A stretch of DNA of 64,000 nucleotides, from positions 4,804-68,803 of the IMG/VR virus record IMGVR_UViG_3300013233_000436. One strand, 5' to 3'. This document shows positions 1 to 8,888 of the stretch, piece by piece. The DNA is from a virus. Under the pieces are notes generated by a model that ran no database searches, was not told where the DNA came from, and saw only the letters and a list, made by a program, of their open reading frames with translations. The position numbers and the translations under genes are program-made. The number at the start of each line of letters is the position of its first letter. Positions within the stretch are counted from its first letter, which is position 1.

Positions 1-348
1 ACCAAAGTTGCTTCTACCGCTGTTTTTCGTGGCGGCTCCCCGATGAATGATGATGTTCAGGCGGCGATTAAGGAGGAAGGGCGCGAGGTTGTAGAGCTTG
101 GATTTATTTTCGGAGACAAGGTGGAGTTTAAGCTTGATCGTGAGCTGAAACTGAAAGGGATCAAATATCTTGATCTGATTCAGGATCAGGTTGACGCTCT
201 GGAGCCTGGAACCAAGACCCAAGCTTGGGTTGCTGATTTTGCGATTATGTCGTCTGTGATCGGTGAGATTTATGACGTGATTGATGATGTTTTTACTGCC
301 AGTAATGGCGACAATGAAAATGAAGAGGAAGATTGTGATGCTGAATAA
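1..348 (+). CDS. rdgC: Recombination-associated protein RdgC (P1 HrdC-like), 5'-truncated by window edge
   Basis: Frame open from base 1; VVELGFIFGDKVEFKLDRELKLKGIKY...ADFAIM matches the RdgC C-terminal pattern; P1 carries the homologue hrdC. Confidence 0.75.
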   Translation, partial: TKVASTAVFRGGSPMNDDVQAAIKEEGREVVELGFIFGDKVEFKLDRELKLKGIKYLDLIQDQVDALEPGTKTQAWVADFAIMSSVIGEIYDVIDDVFTASNGDNENEEEDCDAE

Positions 349-631
349 TTTAGGCGAGCGTTTGCGAAGATGTCGGACTGACCGCAAAATGACACAAGAG
401 CAGTTGGCGGAGTGTGCTGGAACAACTCAAGCTGTGATTCAAAAAATCGAAAACGGCAAGAGTGTTCGCCCTCGAAAAATTGAGGGAATTGCAAAGGCAT
501 GTAAGACAACGCCTGAATACCTCATGTATGGCGTTGAGGAAGACGGTTTTAAGGCTGCTGTAGCTGATTTGATTGAAAAGTACGGCGATGACCACGGTTC
601 CATCGTTGGCGGCGTTAAAGAGCTGCTGTAG
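338..631 (+). CDS. XRE/Cro-CI family HTH transcriptional regulator
   Basis: LGERLRRCR..MTQEQLAECAGTTQAVIQKIENG..IAKA...PEYLMYG; ATG at 338 after GAGGA. Confidence 0.9.
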   Translation: MLNNLGERLRRCRTDRKMTQEQLAECAGTTQAVIQKIENGKSVRPRKIEGIAKACKTTPEYLMYGVEEDGFKAAVADLIEKYGDDHGSIVGGVKELL

Positions 632-663
632 CGTTTTGAACGGGGCTTAACGGCTCCACTTTT

Positions 664-740
664 GTCCCATTAGCTCATTTGGATAGAGCGACCGCCTCCT
701 AAGCGGTAGGTAGCAGGTTCGAGTCCTGCATGGGATGCCA
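664..740 (+). tRNA. tRNA-Arg (anticodon CCT)
   Basis: Acceptor GTCCCAT/ATGGGAT, D arm GCTC/GAGC, anticodon arm ACCGC-CTCCTAA-GCGGT, T loop GGTTCGAGTCC, encoded CCA end. Confidence 0.95.
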
Positions 741-759
741 ATTCAAGAGAGAGATTCCT

Positions 760-951
760 GTGACCAAAGATTATTTTATCTGCGTTGATGTGGTCGAAGG
801 TATGGAGAACAGGTTTGTCTACACGATACTACCTGTTGACATCGATATTGACCGATTACCAAAGGTGGCAGAAAAATTTGTATTGGATTCGCATCCAGAT
901 ACAGATCTTTCATCGGCAACACTGAAAGTAATCGCTTTTAATCCTGTTTAG
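760..951 (+). CDS. Hypothetical phage protein
   Basis: ORF with GTG start after tRNA, co-oriented with neighbours. Confidence 0.5.
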   Translation: MTKDYFICVDVVEGMENRFVYTILPVDIDIDRLPKVAEKFVLDSHPDTDLSSATLKVIAFNPV

Positions 952-974
952 CCAATCAACTTTGAGGAATTTTT

Positions 975-1187
975 ATGAGTGCTAAAGACGAATTTCAACT
1001 GGAAACTGCTTTGACTGAAACACGCGACCTTGCAATTTCTGCTTTGAGTAAAACTTTGCCTGAGTCGTTTGGCATTCAGCTTACCAAAGGTCAGGATGAC
1101 ACGCCGGAGATTATGCTGCGTCAGATTTATTTTGCTTTATCTTATTTTGAGGGATTGGAGGATCAAAAGAATGATGGTGGTGCGTGA
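975..1187 (+). CDS. Hypothetical phage protein
   Basis: GAGG SD and ATG; tight gene packing. Confidence 0.6.
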   Translation: MSAKDEFQLETALTETRDLAISALSKTLPESFGIQLTKGQDDTPEIMLRQIYFALSYFEGLEDQKNDGGA

Positions 1188-1515
1188 AAAATTGATAGCT
1201 GTGGTTCTATCTTCCCAGGCATTTATTGTGGTTGGTGTGGCTTTAGATAGGTGGTGGAGTTTCGAGATTTCAAGCTATCTGGCCATGCTTACTTTTGTTG
1301 TTGTATGTGCGGGGTTGATAGTTGTTGTCAGTATGATTTTGATGCTCATAGATAGGGCTAAGAATGGGGTTGAGATACGGCTGCCAGCCATTGTTTATCA
1401 GGCAAATGTAGTGACGCTGCTTATCTATGGATGGATTGTTGCCAGCGTAGTTTATGGGTTGGCGGTTTTTGTTTTGCGAAACATGAGAGACGAAAAAGCA
1501 AGGGCGGATGGTTGA
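1171..1515 (+). CDS. Hypothetical membrane protein (about 4 hydrophobic segments)
   Basis: GGAGG SD before ATG 1171; strongly hydrophobic translation. Confidence 0.6.
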   Translation: MMVVREKLIAVVLSSQAFIVVGVALDRWWSFEISSYLAMLTFVVVCAGLIVVVSMILMLIDRAKNGVEIRLPAIVYQANVVTLLIYGWIVASVVYGLAVFVLRNMRDEKARADG

Positions 1516-1672
1516 TGTGCGGCGTGATCGGAGTCATTGAGAAAACCATTAATTTGTCAGCCGTAGTTGCCATATCGTCGATTATGGTGTGGCGGGATAG
1601 GCGGGGGTTTGTTGGCAGCGTAGAGCGTAGAAACCTCGCAATAACCGCAATAAAGAGCCAAGCGTACTACTG

Positions 1673-1849
1673 ATGAAAAAAGAGACCACTAAAATATGCC
1701 GTGATTGCGGCTATGATCGGTTCACATTGCTCAGGAGCATGAACCTTAAAATATGCTGTCGTTGCGGCCTGCATATTGAGTGGGTGCTTGACGATGGCCA
1801 GCTGCCTGTTGGCTATGAATTACCAAAAACCGGAGAAGAGAATGATTGA
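1673..1849 (+). CDS. Small zinc-ribbon protein (58 aa, absent from ORF track)
   Basis: Own translation MKKETTKICRDCGYDRFTLLRSMNLKICCRCGLHIEW...; two CxxC pairs; overlaps dUTPase start. Confidence 0.6.
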   Translation: MKKETTKICRDCGYDRFTLLRSMNLKICCRCGLHIEWVLDDGQLPVGYELPKTGEEND

Positions 1850-2567
1850 AAAGATCAATGAAATGTTGGCGCTGCAAGATGCGACCAACATCCAAACAAT
1901 CGGCAAGGATTGGAAAACCCGCTCCAATGAAGAGATCAATTGGGGTCGGGCAATCTACATGGAGTGCGCGGAACTTATTGACCATTTAGGTTGGAAATGG
2001 TGGAAGAAGCAAGAGCTTGTTGATCTGGATCAGGCACGGCTAGAAGTGGTTGATATTGCCCACTTTGTTTTTTCGTTTGCGTTGCGTGATGATGTCGCAG
2101 CCTTGGACGGCGGTGTTCCAGCTTATGTTCAGCGCATGTTTGTTCATATCGAGAGCTTACACAAGGATCTTGCTTGGGGTGCGATTGCTTGTGCAGAATC
2201 CCTCATGAATCTCACAACTCGTGCAGGCTTACCTTGCAAGCGGTTTGCTCTACCCGACTTGCTCATGACCTTTGTTCAGCTCTGCCACTCAATGGGCATG
2301 ACCCTAGATGATCTATACCGCCTTTACATTGCCAAAAACGTGCTCAACAAGTTCCGTCAAGACCACGGGTACAAAGAGGGAACGTACCGCAAAACGTGGC
2401 TTATTCCAGATGCCGATGCAACGGATGTTCACAACATGCGACCAATTGAAAAAGAGGATAACGAGGTGTTGATGATGATTGTTAATGAGTTTGATTCTGA
2501 TTCTCCAGCCTTCACTAAAGATCTATATCTTGAGCTGTCATCTACTTACTTGGCAGCGCATGTCTAG
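1842..2567 (+). CDS. dut: Dimeric (all-alpha) dUTPase
   Basis: LQDATN, ECAELIDHLGWKWWK, LEVVDIAHF, KNVLNKFRQDHGYKEGTY, EDNEVL motifs of the dUTPase_2 family; ATG 1842 follows GGAG. Confidence 0.9.
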   Translation: MIEKINEMLALQDATNIQTIGKDWKTRSNEEINWGRAIYMECAELIDHLGWKWWKKQELVDLDQARLEVVDIAHFVFSFALRDDVAALDGGVPAYVQRMFVHIESLHKDLAWGAIACAESLMNLTTRAGLPCKRFALPDLLMTFVQLCHSMGMTLDDLYRLYIAKNVLNKFRQDHGYKEGTYRKTWLIPDADATDVHNMRPIEKEDNEVLMMIVNEFDSDSPAFTKDLYLELSSTYLAAHV

Positions 2568-2706
2568 TATGCCGTCGGGGGTTGAGATGGTCGATCAGAG
2601 TGGTTTCGGGTTAGCTGAAACCACTCTCTTACTTACTCTGTGGTTTATTTTTTCATCTATGGTCGGCCTTTCTATGGCGGTTGTTTATATTTTGGTGTGG
2701 TGGTGA
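2560..2706 (+). CDS. Small membrane protein
   Basis: Hydrophobic C-terminal half; start overlaps dUTPase stop region. Confidence 0.4.
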   Translation: MSSMPSGVEMVDQSGFGLAETTLLLTLWFIFSSMVGLSMAVVYILVWW

Positions 2707-2708
2707 TC

Positions 2709-2921
2709 ATGCGAAAAAGAAAGTGGCGTGGCGGGTTTAAGGTTGATTTGATCCTTGTGGTGCCGGGGTTTTTATTCCTGGACTTGTTTGTGTTTTATGT
2801 TTTGGGTGTTCATGGCGAGTCTATTTTGCTTCGGCATGCTCCATTGTTTATTTCTTTTTGGTTGGCCGCGCTTATTCTCCCAAGTATGCGTGCTTACTCA
2901 GGTGATACCGATGATGGATAA
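2709..2921 (+). CDS. Small membrane protein (2 TM)
   Basis: MRKRKWR basic N-terminus followed by two hydrophobic segments. Confidence 0.5.
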   Translation: MRKRKWRGGFKVDLILVVPGFLFLDLFVFYVLGVHGESILLRHAPLFISFWLAALILPSMRAYSGDTDDG

Positions 2922-3459
2922 AGTTGATAGGAGTTGGATCAAAGGTTCTCTGGAACGATGCCGTGTCGGGTTTCTGTTTGATCTTTGCGTTGACAAGTCG
3001 TATGACGTTGTGATCCTTTGTGGGTTGGGGCTTGACTACAGGGATGCAACAGAAATATGGGTGCGCTTGGATGAGCTTATGGGTGGCAGTGTTCGCCCAA
3101 TAATCGAGACTGAGAGAAATATTCATCATTACCTTCAAGATGGAGTGATAAAACCCAAAAGCAAAATTCTGTTTGTGACAGAGAATCCAGCAAATCAGAC
3201 TATTCAAGGCATGGTTGATGACCTATCGCCTGCCAGCGTTGATTGGGAGGCTGTTGGTGTGGATGTGGAGCCAAAGGTTGTTCGGAGTGTTAAGGCCAAT
3301 TTGTCACTGAGAGCAAAAGAGGTGGTTGAAAACAGCAATGGTCGCCGGTACGGAGGCAAAGGGCTTGATCTTGACCGACTGCAAGATACTTTGTTTGATT
3401 TGATAGGGTTCGTAGAGGCTGAGAGAATCAAAACCAGACTAAAGGAAGATGGCGAATGA
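2911..3459 (+). CDS. Hypothetical protein, paralogue A
   Basis: Shares FLFDLC..DVVI.CG and ER.IHHY.QDG.IKP.SKILFV.EN...TIQGM...LSP..VDW with next ORF. Confidence 0.7.
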   Translation: MMDKVDRSWIKGSLERCRVGFLFDLCVDKSYDVVILCGLGLDYRDATEIWVRLDELMGGSVRPIIETERNIHHYLQDGVIKPKSKILFVTENPANQTIQGMVDDLSPASVDWEAVGVDVEPKVVRSVKANLSLRAKEVVENSNGRRYGGKGLDLDRLQDTLFDLIGFVEAERIKTRLKEDGE

Positions 3460-3845
3460 GTAATAACGAACTGGATTGGCTTAGGGTCTCCCTTGCATCC
3501 CGTGGCGCTGAATTCCTCTTTGATTTGTGTGAGGGGATGGCGCATGACGTTGTTATCATCTGTGGTAATGGGAATACATACGACAAGATAACGATCTGTG
3601 GACGGGATATTATGCGAAAGGAGTTTTATGGGCTGCTTTACGATATTTCACACCTAATAAAAGGTGTTCTCCTTATTATGGAGTGCGAGAGAAAGATTCA
3701 CCACTATATCCAGGATGGGACGATAAAGCCGAGCAGTAAAATTCTGTTTGTGTCTGAAAATGAGGCAAGTGAAACCATTCAAGGAATGATTGAAGAATTG
3801 TCCCCCAGCCATGTTGATTGGGCAACTGTTGGGGGTGTCGAATGA
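3456..3845 (+). CDS. Hypothetical protein, paralogue B
   Basis: Clear paralogue of 2911..3459; ATGA overlap. Confidence 0.7.
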   Translation: MSNNELDWLRVSLASRGAEFLFDLCEGMAHDVVIICGNGNTYDKITICGRDIMRKEFYGLLYDISHLIKGVLLIMECERKIHHYIQDGTIKPSSKILFVSENEASETIQGMIEELSPSHVDWATVGGVE

Positions 3846-4171
3846 GAAAAGATAAATGCCCAATAGCAGAAAGGGTTTCAAAGCGCGTTATAGATCGGTC
3901 TGTTGTTGGCCTTGAAAAGTACGGTGTTACCGCTGATCGTGATGATTTGTCGATTCCGCAATGGCTGCGACACTTGCAGGAAGAATTGCTTGATGGCGCT
4001 GTTTATGCCGAAAAAGCAATCAAAGAACACCAGAGCCTGATTTATTCCATTTCGGTTGTGGTGGGAATGCTTGAAGAGGCTGTAGAAGTCGATGATATGG
4101 TTCACGTCACTATGGCCAAAGACCGCCTGGAGTGGCTTATTGGCGGCGCTGATAAGGAGTTTGATGTATGA
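3842..4171 (+). CDS. Conserved phage protein, MazG-like all-alpha NTP pyrophosphatase fold suspected
   Basis: GLEKYGVT.DRDDLS..QWLRHLQEELLDGAVY pattern with EExxD motif. Confidence 0.55.
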   Translation: MRKDKCPIAERVSKRVIDRSVVGLEKYGVTADRDDLSIPQWLRHLQEELLDGAVYAEKAIKEHQSLIYSISVVVGMLEEAVEVDDMVHVTMAKDRLEWLIGGADKEFDV

Positions 4172-4413
4172 GAAGTCAAAAAGAGATTCACGATAATGTT
4201 GATAGCGGCTACCACGCCCTTGATCGCGTTATTTCTGCCCTGCATAGAGCGGGGGTTGATTCAACAAAGATGGGCGACAATAAGGAGTTTGCGTTGTTGA
4301 TTGATCGGCTTGTTGATGGTCGGTTAACTGAGTCAGCGGTCGTTGCCAAAGCAATTAGAATCAACAATATTAGTGGCGGAAGGTATGTTGTTGACGGCGC
4401 TATGCTCGCATAA
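4168..4413 (+). CDS. Hypothetical phage protein
   Basis: AAGGAG SD, ATGA overlap. Confidence 0.55.
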   Translation: MRSQKEIHDNVDSGYHALDRVISALHRAGVDSTKMGDNKEFALLIDRLVDGRLTESAVVAKAIRINNISGGRYVVDGAMLA

Positions 4414-4420
4414 AGCTACA

Positions 4421-4609
4421 TTATGGTTGGCGGCAACTATCAACTATCGCCTGTGATGGCATTGTTCCAGCTATCACGGCGAATGCTGCTACCTCACCCT
4501 TGCTTGTGGCGGTATCCTTGCTCGCCCCATCGGCTAGGTGAAATTCTATCACCGCTTTTCTGGTCGCCTTGACCCTCTCCACTTTTCGCATAAATTCACT
4601 GTTCGTCAT
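4421..4609 (-). CDS. Small hypothetical protein, antisense to the early operon
   Basis: ORF fills the intergenic gap; upstream TGGGGTAAAAT promoter-like element on minus strand. Confidence 0.45.
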   Translation of the reverse strand: MTNSEFMRKVERVKATRKAVIEFHLADGASKDTATSKGEVAAFAVIAGTMPSQAIVDSCRQP

Positions 4610-4693
4610 TGCTTGTTCTGCGCTGGTTTAATTGGGATAATTTTACCCCATCCTCCAACCTTATTGCGCCCTACGCTGTGATATAATGACCGA

Positions 4694-4876
4694 ATGAAAA
4701 ACATAATTATGATCACCTTATTGTCGCTTTATGCGATTGTCTCTTATCAAACCCTGTTAAGCGTTTCCAGCTTTGATCGGTTTTACCCTGTATTCTTTGT
4801 CGGCCTTGCTTTTGCCTATGGCATTATCAGGCTGGTTTTTATTGGCTGGGAGCCGGAGCAAGAAAAATGCCCTTAA
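4694..4876 (+). CDS. Small membrane protein
   Basis: Two hydrophobic segments; TATAAT just upstream. Confidence 0.5.
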   Translation: MKNIIMITLLSLYAIVSYQTLLSVSSFDRFYPVFFVGLAFAYGIIRLVFIGWEPEQEKCP

Positions 4877-5151
4877 CGGATAAGGTTGTTGGCGACATTG
4901 TTGGCTATCCGGTAATGCGTAAAGTGTTGCTTGTTGAGTGTTTCGACGGTGTATTTGTCAGGCTGTCCGCTGTGATTGATTTTGTTGGCAGTGAGGTCTA
5001 TTACCGGATAACGCAAGATGGTGGCGGCAAGCCTTCACGGTCGATGGCGGTTAATACGGTTGATAACGCCATTGAGCGATTCAATGAGGTTTGTCGAGAG
5101 GCCGCCCCGTTGAATGGGTTTCTGAATGATGAAAAGGATCTGTTTCGGTGA
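4867..5151 (+). CDS. Hypothetical phage protein
   Basis: GGAG SD; overlaps both neighbours. Confidence 0.5.
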   Translation: MPLTDKVVGDIVGYPVMRKVLLVECFDGVFVRLSAVIDFVGSEVYYRITQDGGGKPSRSMAVNTVDNAIERFNEVCREAAPLNGFLNDEKDLFR

Positions 5152-5759
5152 TTCGTGTTCTAAACCTTTACGCTGGTTTGGGTGGCAATCGCAAGCACTG
5201 GCAGAGCGTCGAGGTGACGGCGATTGAATGGGATGAAAAGATAGCGGCTGTTTACGCCGCCAACAACCCAAAGGATATGGTTGTTGTAGGTGATGCCCAC
5301 GCATACCTTTTGGCGCACCACTCCGAGTTTGATTTTATTTGGAGTAGTCCGCCCTGCCAGAGCCATTCCCGTATGATCCGATCTGGGAAAAATAGAAAAC
5401 CCCGATACCCCGACTTAAGACTTTACGAAGAGATCCTTTTTCTAAAGCATAATTTTAAGGGCGATTGGGTTGTTGAGAACGTGAAGCCATATTACACGCC
5501 GCTGATTGAGGCGCAGGCCGTTGGCAGGCACTTGTTTTGGTCAAATAAGCCAATTGCCGCCACCGAGGTTAAACAGCCCAAGGGGTTTATCGGTAAAACC
5601 ACTGTTGCAGGGAGCAGGGAGCTTAAAGATTGGCTTGGGATTCACTATGAAGGCAATCTTTATTACGATAGCAATCATTGTCCAGCCCAAGTTTTGAGAA
5701 ATTGCGTCCACCCCGATTTGGGGCGACAGGTGTTTGATAGTGTTTTGCAGGAAAAATAG
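5148..5759 (+). CDS. Compact DNA cytosine-5 methyltransferase
   Basis: Motif I LNLYAGLGG, catalytic SPPCQ, ENV, motif X LRNCV. Confidence 0.9.
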   Translation: MIRVLNLYAGLGGNRKHWQSVEVTAIEWDEKIAAVYAANNPKDMVVVGDAHAYLLAHHSEFDFIWSSPPCQSHSRMIRSGKNRKPRYPDLRLYEEILFLKHNFKGDWVVENVKPYYTPLIEAQAVGRHLFWSNKPIAATEVKQPKGFIGKTTVAGSRELKDWLGIHYEGNLYYDSNHCPAQVLRNCVHPDLGRQVFDSVLQEK

Positions 5760-5768
5760 GGGGATTGA

Positions 5769-6167
5769 GTGAAAGATGAAGACATGGCGGCTTTGATAGC
5801 CGATGGATTTCAGCGTATCGAGAGAGCTGTCAAGGAAAGTGGCCACGATATTTGCCTCCAATTAGACCGCATTGGCGATAAGGTGGGGCAATCCGATTCC
5901 TTGGTGGCAATGCTTCTAAATGAAATTCTTGATGAGAAAAAATCAAGAGAGCTTAAGGCAAAGGTTGCTGCTGATATTGAGCCTGAATCGGAGCTGGTTC
6001 GGGTTCGTGATTCAGGCTTGACTTGTGGAGCTTGCCAGTTCGGGAGAAAGATTTTTGGCCAATTTGTTCCAGTTATTGAGTGCGGCAATGAGGATGGCTT
6101 GAGCTATGGTAAAAATATTAGTGAATATGCGGATGGCTGCAAACACTGGTTGCCCGTAGATGATTAA
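5769..6167 (+). CDS. Hypothetical protein with C-terminal 4-Cys module
   Basis: CGACQF...C...CKHW. Confidence 0.6.
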   Translation: MKDEDMAALIADGFQRIERAVKESGHDICLQLDRIGDKVGQSDSLVAMLLNEILDEKKSRELKAKVAADIEPESELVRVRDSGLTCGACQFGRKIFGQFVPVIECGNEDGLSYGKNISEYADGCKHWLPVDD

Positions 6168-6206
6168 TTGGTAAAATAACAACCGGATAATGAGAGGCAA
6201 TGAATA

Positions 6207-6722
6207 ATGAGCGATAAAACACTGAGTAACGAAAACGTAAGTCAGGCGAAAGCGGCCACAAGTGATCTAAAACTGTACGGCGATGGCGACTTATTCGTTT
6301 TGCTGTCTAAAGCTTCCTCTGAATCCGAGGGCTGGATGAAAATCACCAAAGCCATGCAAACACCAACAGGTGTGGTTATTCAGGTAACTACTCAGCAAAA
6401 GAACCCTGATGGCTCTTATTCGCTTGCCGAAGCTCTGACTACTGTTGAGGGCGTGAAACTGTGCTTGGACGGTGACGTGCCTGCGCTTGTGCCAATTGGG
6501 TATATAACAGGCATACAGAAAATTTGGAGGGATAAACACTATCCAGAAGCTTTTCCCCCAGATAACAATGATGTAATGCCATCTACTTGTGGAACTTGCC
6601 AGTTTATGTCTAAGCGATCTAAATCTGTTTATGTATGTGATGCAGGAGATGGACTGCTCAACGAGCGTAGAGTATGTAGAACAACCGTTTCTTGCGCTTA
6701 CTGGTCTAAGAGAGAATCCTAG
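6207..6722 (+). CDS. Phage hypothetical protein with C-terminal 4-Cys module
   Basis: N-terminal KASSESEGWMKITKAM..QVTTQQ domain typical of phage ORFs; CGTCQF...C...CAYW tail. Confidence 0.65.
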   Translation: MSDKTLSNENVSQAKAATSDLKLYGDGDLFVLLSKASSESEGWMKITKAMQTPTGVVIQVTTQQKNPDGSYSLAEALTTVEGVKLCLDGDVPALVPIGYITGIQKIWRDKHYPEAFPPDNNDVMPSTCGTCQFMSKRSKSVYVCDAGDGLLNERRVCRTTVSCAYWSKRES

Positions 6723-6910
6723 TGAATAAAGATATTTCAGCTCTGATGACCATATCCTCTGCATTAGGCAACATGCAGGGACTACCTGCTCCACGACCAA
6801 CAACCAAGTCTTTACGGTCGCCAGAGTGTGTGGCTGAACTCAAATCTAAGGCCGAGGCTAAGAGGGTTAGAAAGGCTGCTGCTCGTGTGAGAAACTTGCC
6901 CGATGCTTAA
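6722..6910 (+). CDS. Small basic hypothetical protein
   Basis: KAEAKRVRKA basic tail; abuts upstream stop. Confidence 0.5.
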   Translation: MNKDISALMTISSALGNMQGLPAPRPTTKSLRSPECVAELKSKAEAKRVRKAAARVRNLPDA

Positions 6911-6935
6911 TATGAAACACACCGGAGAGTAAAAA

Positions 6936-7370
6936 ATGCACGTTGACGATTACATAGACCAATGCCTTAGTTCAGGTGATGAAGCAACCGTAAACATAGG
7001 CAAGGCGCTAGACTTCTTTAGGCGGAAAGCCTCATACATAAGCTATAATATGGATGAAGTTCCAGTCTTATATGTAGAGCATGAGGGGTGTACATACCGT
7101 GTTGTTCACGCCAGCCATAACGGGTGCATTGGCCTTAGTTTAGATCTCGCAGCTTTACCTCTAACGAGGATAGATAGTCAGGTCATGGCTGATGATCATG
7201 ATGTGACTTGCTGGGAATTGGTTGGCTGCCTGGGATCTATCGAAGTCAACACAATCGTCAATAATAGGGTTGACCCACTTGAAATGATGAAAGATATTGT
7301 AGAACCCCCTGCTTACTACTTGAAATTCAATAAACAAAACCGAGGGATGGCAAGAACTAATGGTTGCTGA
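6936..7370 (+). CDS. Hypothetical phage protein
   Basis: GGAG SD and ATG. Confidence 0.6.
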   Translation: MHVDDYIDQCLSSGDEATVNIGKALDFFRRKASYISYNMDEVPVLYVEHEGCTYRVVHASHNGCIGLSLDLAALPLTRIDSQVMADDHDVTCWELVGCLGSIEVNTIVNNRVDPLEMMKDIVEPPAYYLKFNKQNRGMARTNGC

Positions 7371-7686
7371 AACCGTAAGTACCAGTGAAATTATATCAAG
7401 CTTTCTTGTTATGCCTGCAATCCTTTTGGGGGCTTTTGGTGTTCAATGGCTGTTCCTGTCAATCTTCCCGCCTAAATCTGGCGAGCAGTGGTTCAACGAC
7501 ATTCAAACCACGCTGAGGGGTTTTATGACTGACGCACAACGGGAAGAGGAGCGCGTAGAGCTTGCTAAGGAGAAAGCTGATCGAGAAGAGGCGCTTGCTA
7601 AAATTAGGGCTACCTGTGCTGAGTTGGAAGAAGCGTTAAACACTTGCCCTTGCCCATCTAACGATGACACCGAGGAACACTACTAA
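7360..7686 (+). CDS. Membrane-anchored coiled-coil protein
   Basis: One TM helix followed by E/K/A-rich helix. Confidence 0.55.
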   Translation: MVAETVSTSEIISSFLVMPAILLGAFGVQWLFLSIFPPKSGEQWFNDIQTTLRGFMTDAQREEERVELAKEKADREEALAKIRATCAELEEALNTCPCPSNDDTEEHY

Positions 7687-8115
7687 ATGAACGAATTTAA
7701 ACTACCAAAACACCAGAGCAAGATCATACTCTTTGCTTATGCAGTCTTTGGCTGATTTTTGATGTTTTCCACTTTTGGCTTGGCTTATTTCTTCGCGTTT
7801 GATCGGTTCTTTTTCAGTCATGATTTTAGGTCGAGAAGGGCGCTTTTGCGATGGCTTGAGGGTGCGGAACTGTCAAATTATTTATACGCAAGCTGTGACG
7901 ATTACACTTTTTGGCAGATAGCCGACAATGTGATGCTCGATCATCGTGGCGATGGTGAGCCAACCTATTTTATGATATATAGCACCCCATCTTATACGGG
8001 GGGTGCTGACTGCATTGCGTTCGATTGGTTTAGCCGCCGATGCCGAAAACGCATTTTGGCAAAGATTGAAGAGCAACTAAACCACCGCGAAACAAGGGTT
8101 CAACATGAAAAGTAA
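7687..8115 (+). pseudogene. Membrane protein interrupted by in-frame TGA (7753-7755)
   Basis: ATG 7687 directly follows upstream stop and is in frame with ORF 7759..8115; TGA splits IILFAYAVFG*FLMFSTFGLAYFF. Confidence 0.5.
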
Positions 8116-8824
8116 TTTTAAATCATCCTTAAGTCACGTTCTGGTTCACGAGGGTGGATGGGCAAATCACCCTAAAGATCCAGGCGGGGCAACCATGAAG
8201 GGGGTGACATTAATCACCTTTCGGCGGCACTTTGGCAAAGACAAAACCAAGAGTGATCTACGCAATATCACTGACGAGCAATTAGAGAAGATTTACCGTA
8301 AGGGTTACTGGGACAAGTGTCACTGTGATGATTTGCCATCTGGACTTGATTACGCCGTCTTTGATGCCGCTGTTAACTCAGGGTCACGCCGTAGCGCCAA
8401 ATGGCTACAGTGGTCTATTGGGGCTGTTGCTGATGGCCATATCGGAGACAAGACGATTGCAACTCTAAGAGGCTGTGATGCTGTTGGTCTGTGTCGTTCG
8501 GTAACGGGTGCGCGTCTTGCATTCCTTCAAAAGCTCAGAACGTGGGCTACTTTTGGTGGCGGGTGGGGTAAGCGGGTTGCGATGGTCGAGATTATCTCTA
8601 CTCGAATGGCGGACACCAGCAACCGATCATTGCCTCCAACGATAAAAAAAGGCTCAAAAGGTGGGTGGGTACTGAAAGTTCAGTCATTCTTTGGAGTCAA
8701 AGAGAGTGGTAAGTTTGATTCTGTCACCGAGGATGCGCTCAAACTGTGGCAAGAGGCCAATGGATTGACGGTTGACGGCATAGCTGGCAAAGAATCATAT
8801 CGTGCAATGGGCTTGATTGAGTAA
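8105..8824 (+). CDS. Endolysin, glycoside hydrolase family 108 with peptidoglycan-binding domains
   Basis: HEGGWANHPKDPGGATMKGVT, DAAVNSG, GWGKR; C-terminal WQEANGLTVDGIAG PG-binding repeat. Confidence 0.92.
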   Translation: MKSNFKSSLSHVLVHEGGWANHPKDPGGATMKGVTLITFRRHFGKDKTKSDLRNITDEQLEKIYRKGYWDKCHCDDLPSGLDYAVFDAAVNSGSRRSAKWLQWSIGAVADGHIGDKTIATLRGCDAVGLCRSVTGARLAFLQKLRTWATFGGGWGKRVAMVEIISTRMADTSNRSLPPTIKKGSKGGWVLKVQSFFGVKESGKFDSVTEDALKLWQEANGLTVDGIAGKESYRAMGLIE

Positions 8825-8888
8825 TCGCTTGCGTTAATTGTTTTTTTCCTGCAATATCGGCCTCTCAAATACACAAGAGGTGGTTATT

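Noticed and set aside
664-740. tRNA as a prophage attachment site
   Set aside because: Phage-type genes lie on both sides, and no integrase or duplicated 3' end was seen
6207-6500. Known anti-defence sponge protein (Acb/Tad)
   Set aside because: Sequence does not match the motifs I recall for those families; left as hypothetical
7753-7755. Genome-wide TGA recoding
   Set aside because: Many genes end in TGA within ATGA/GTGA overlaps with the next start, consistent with the standard code
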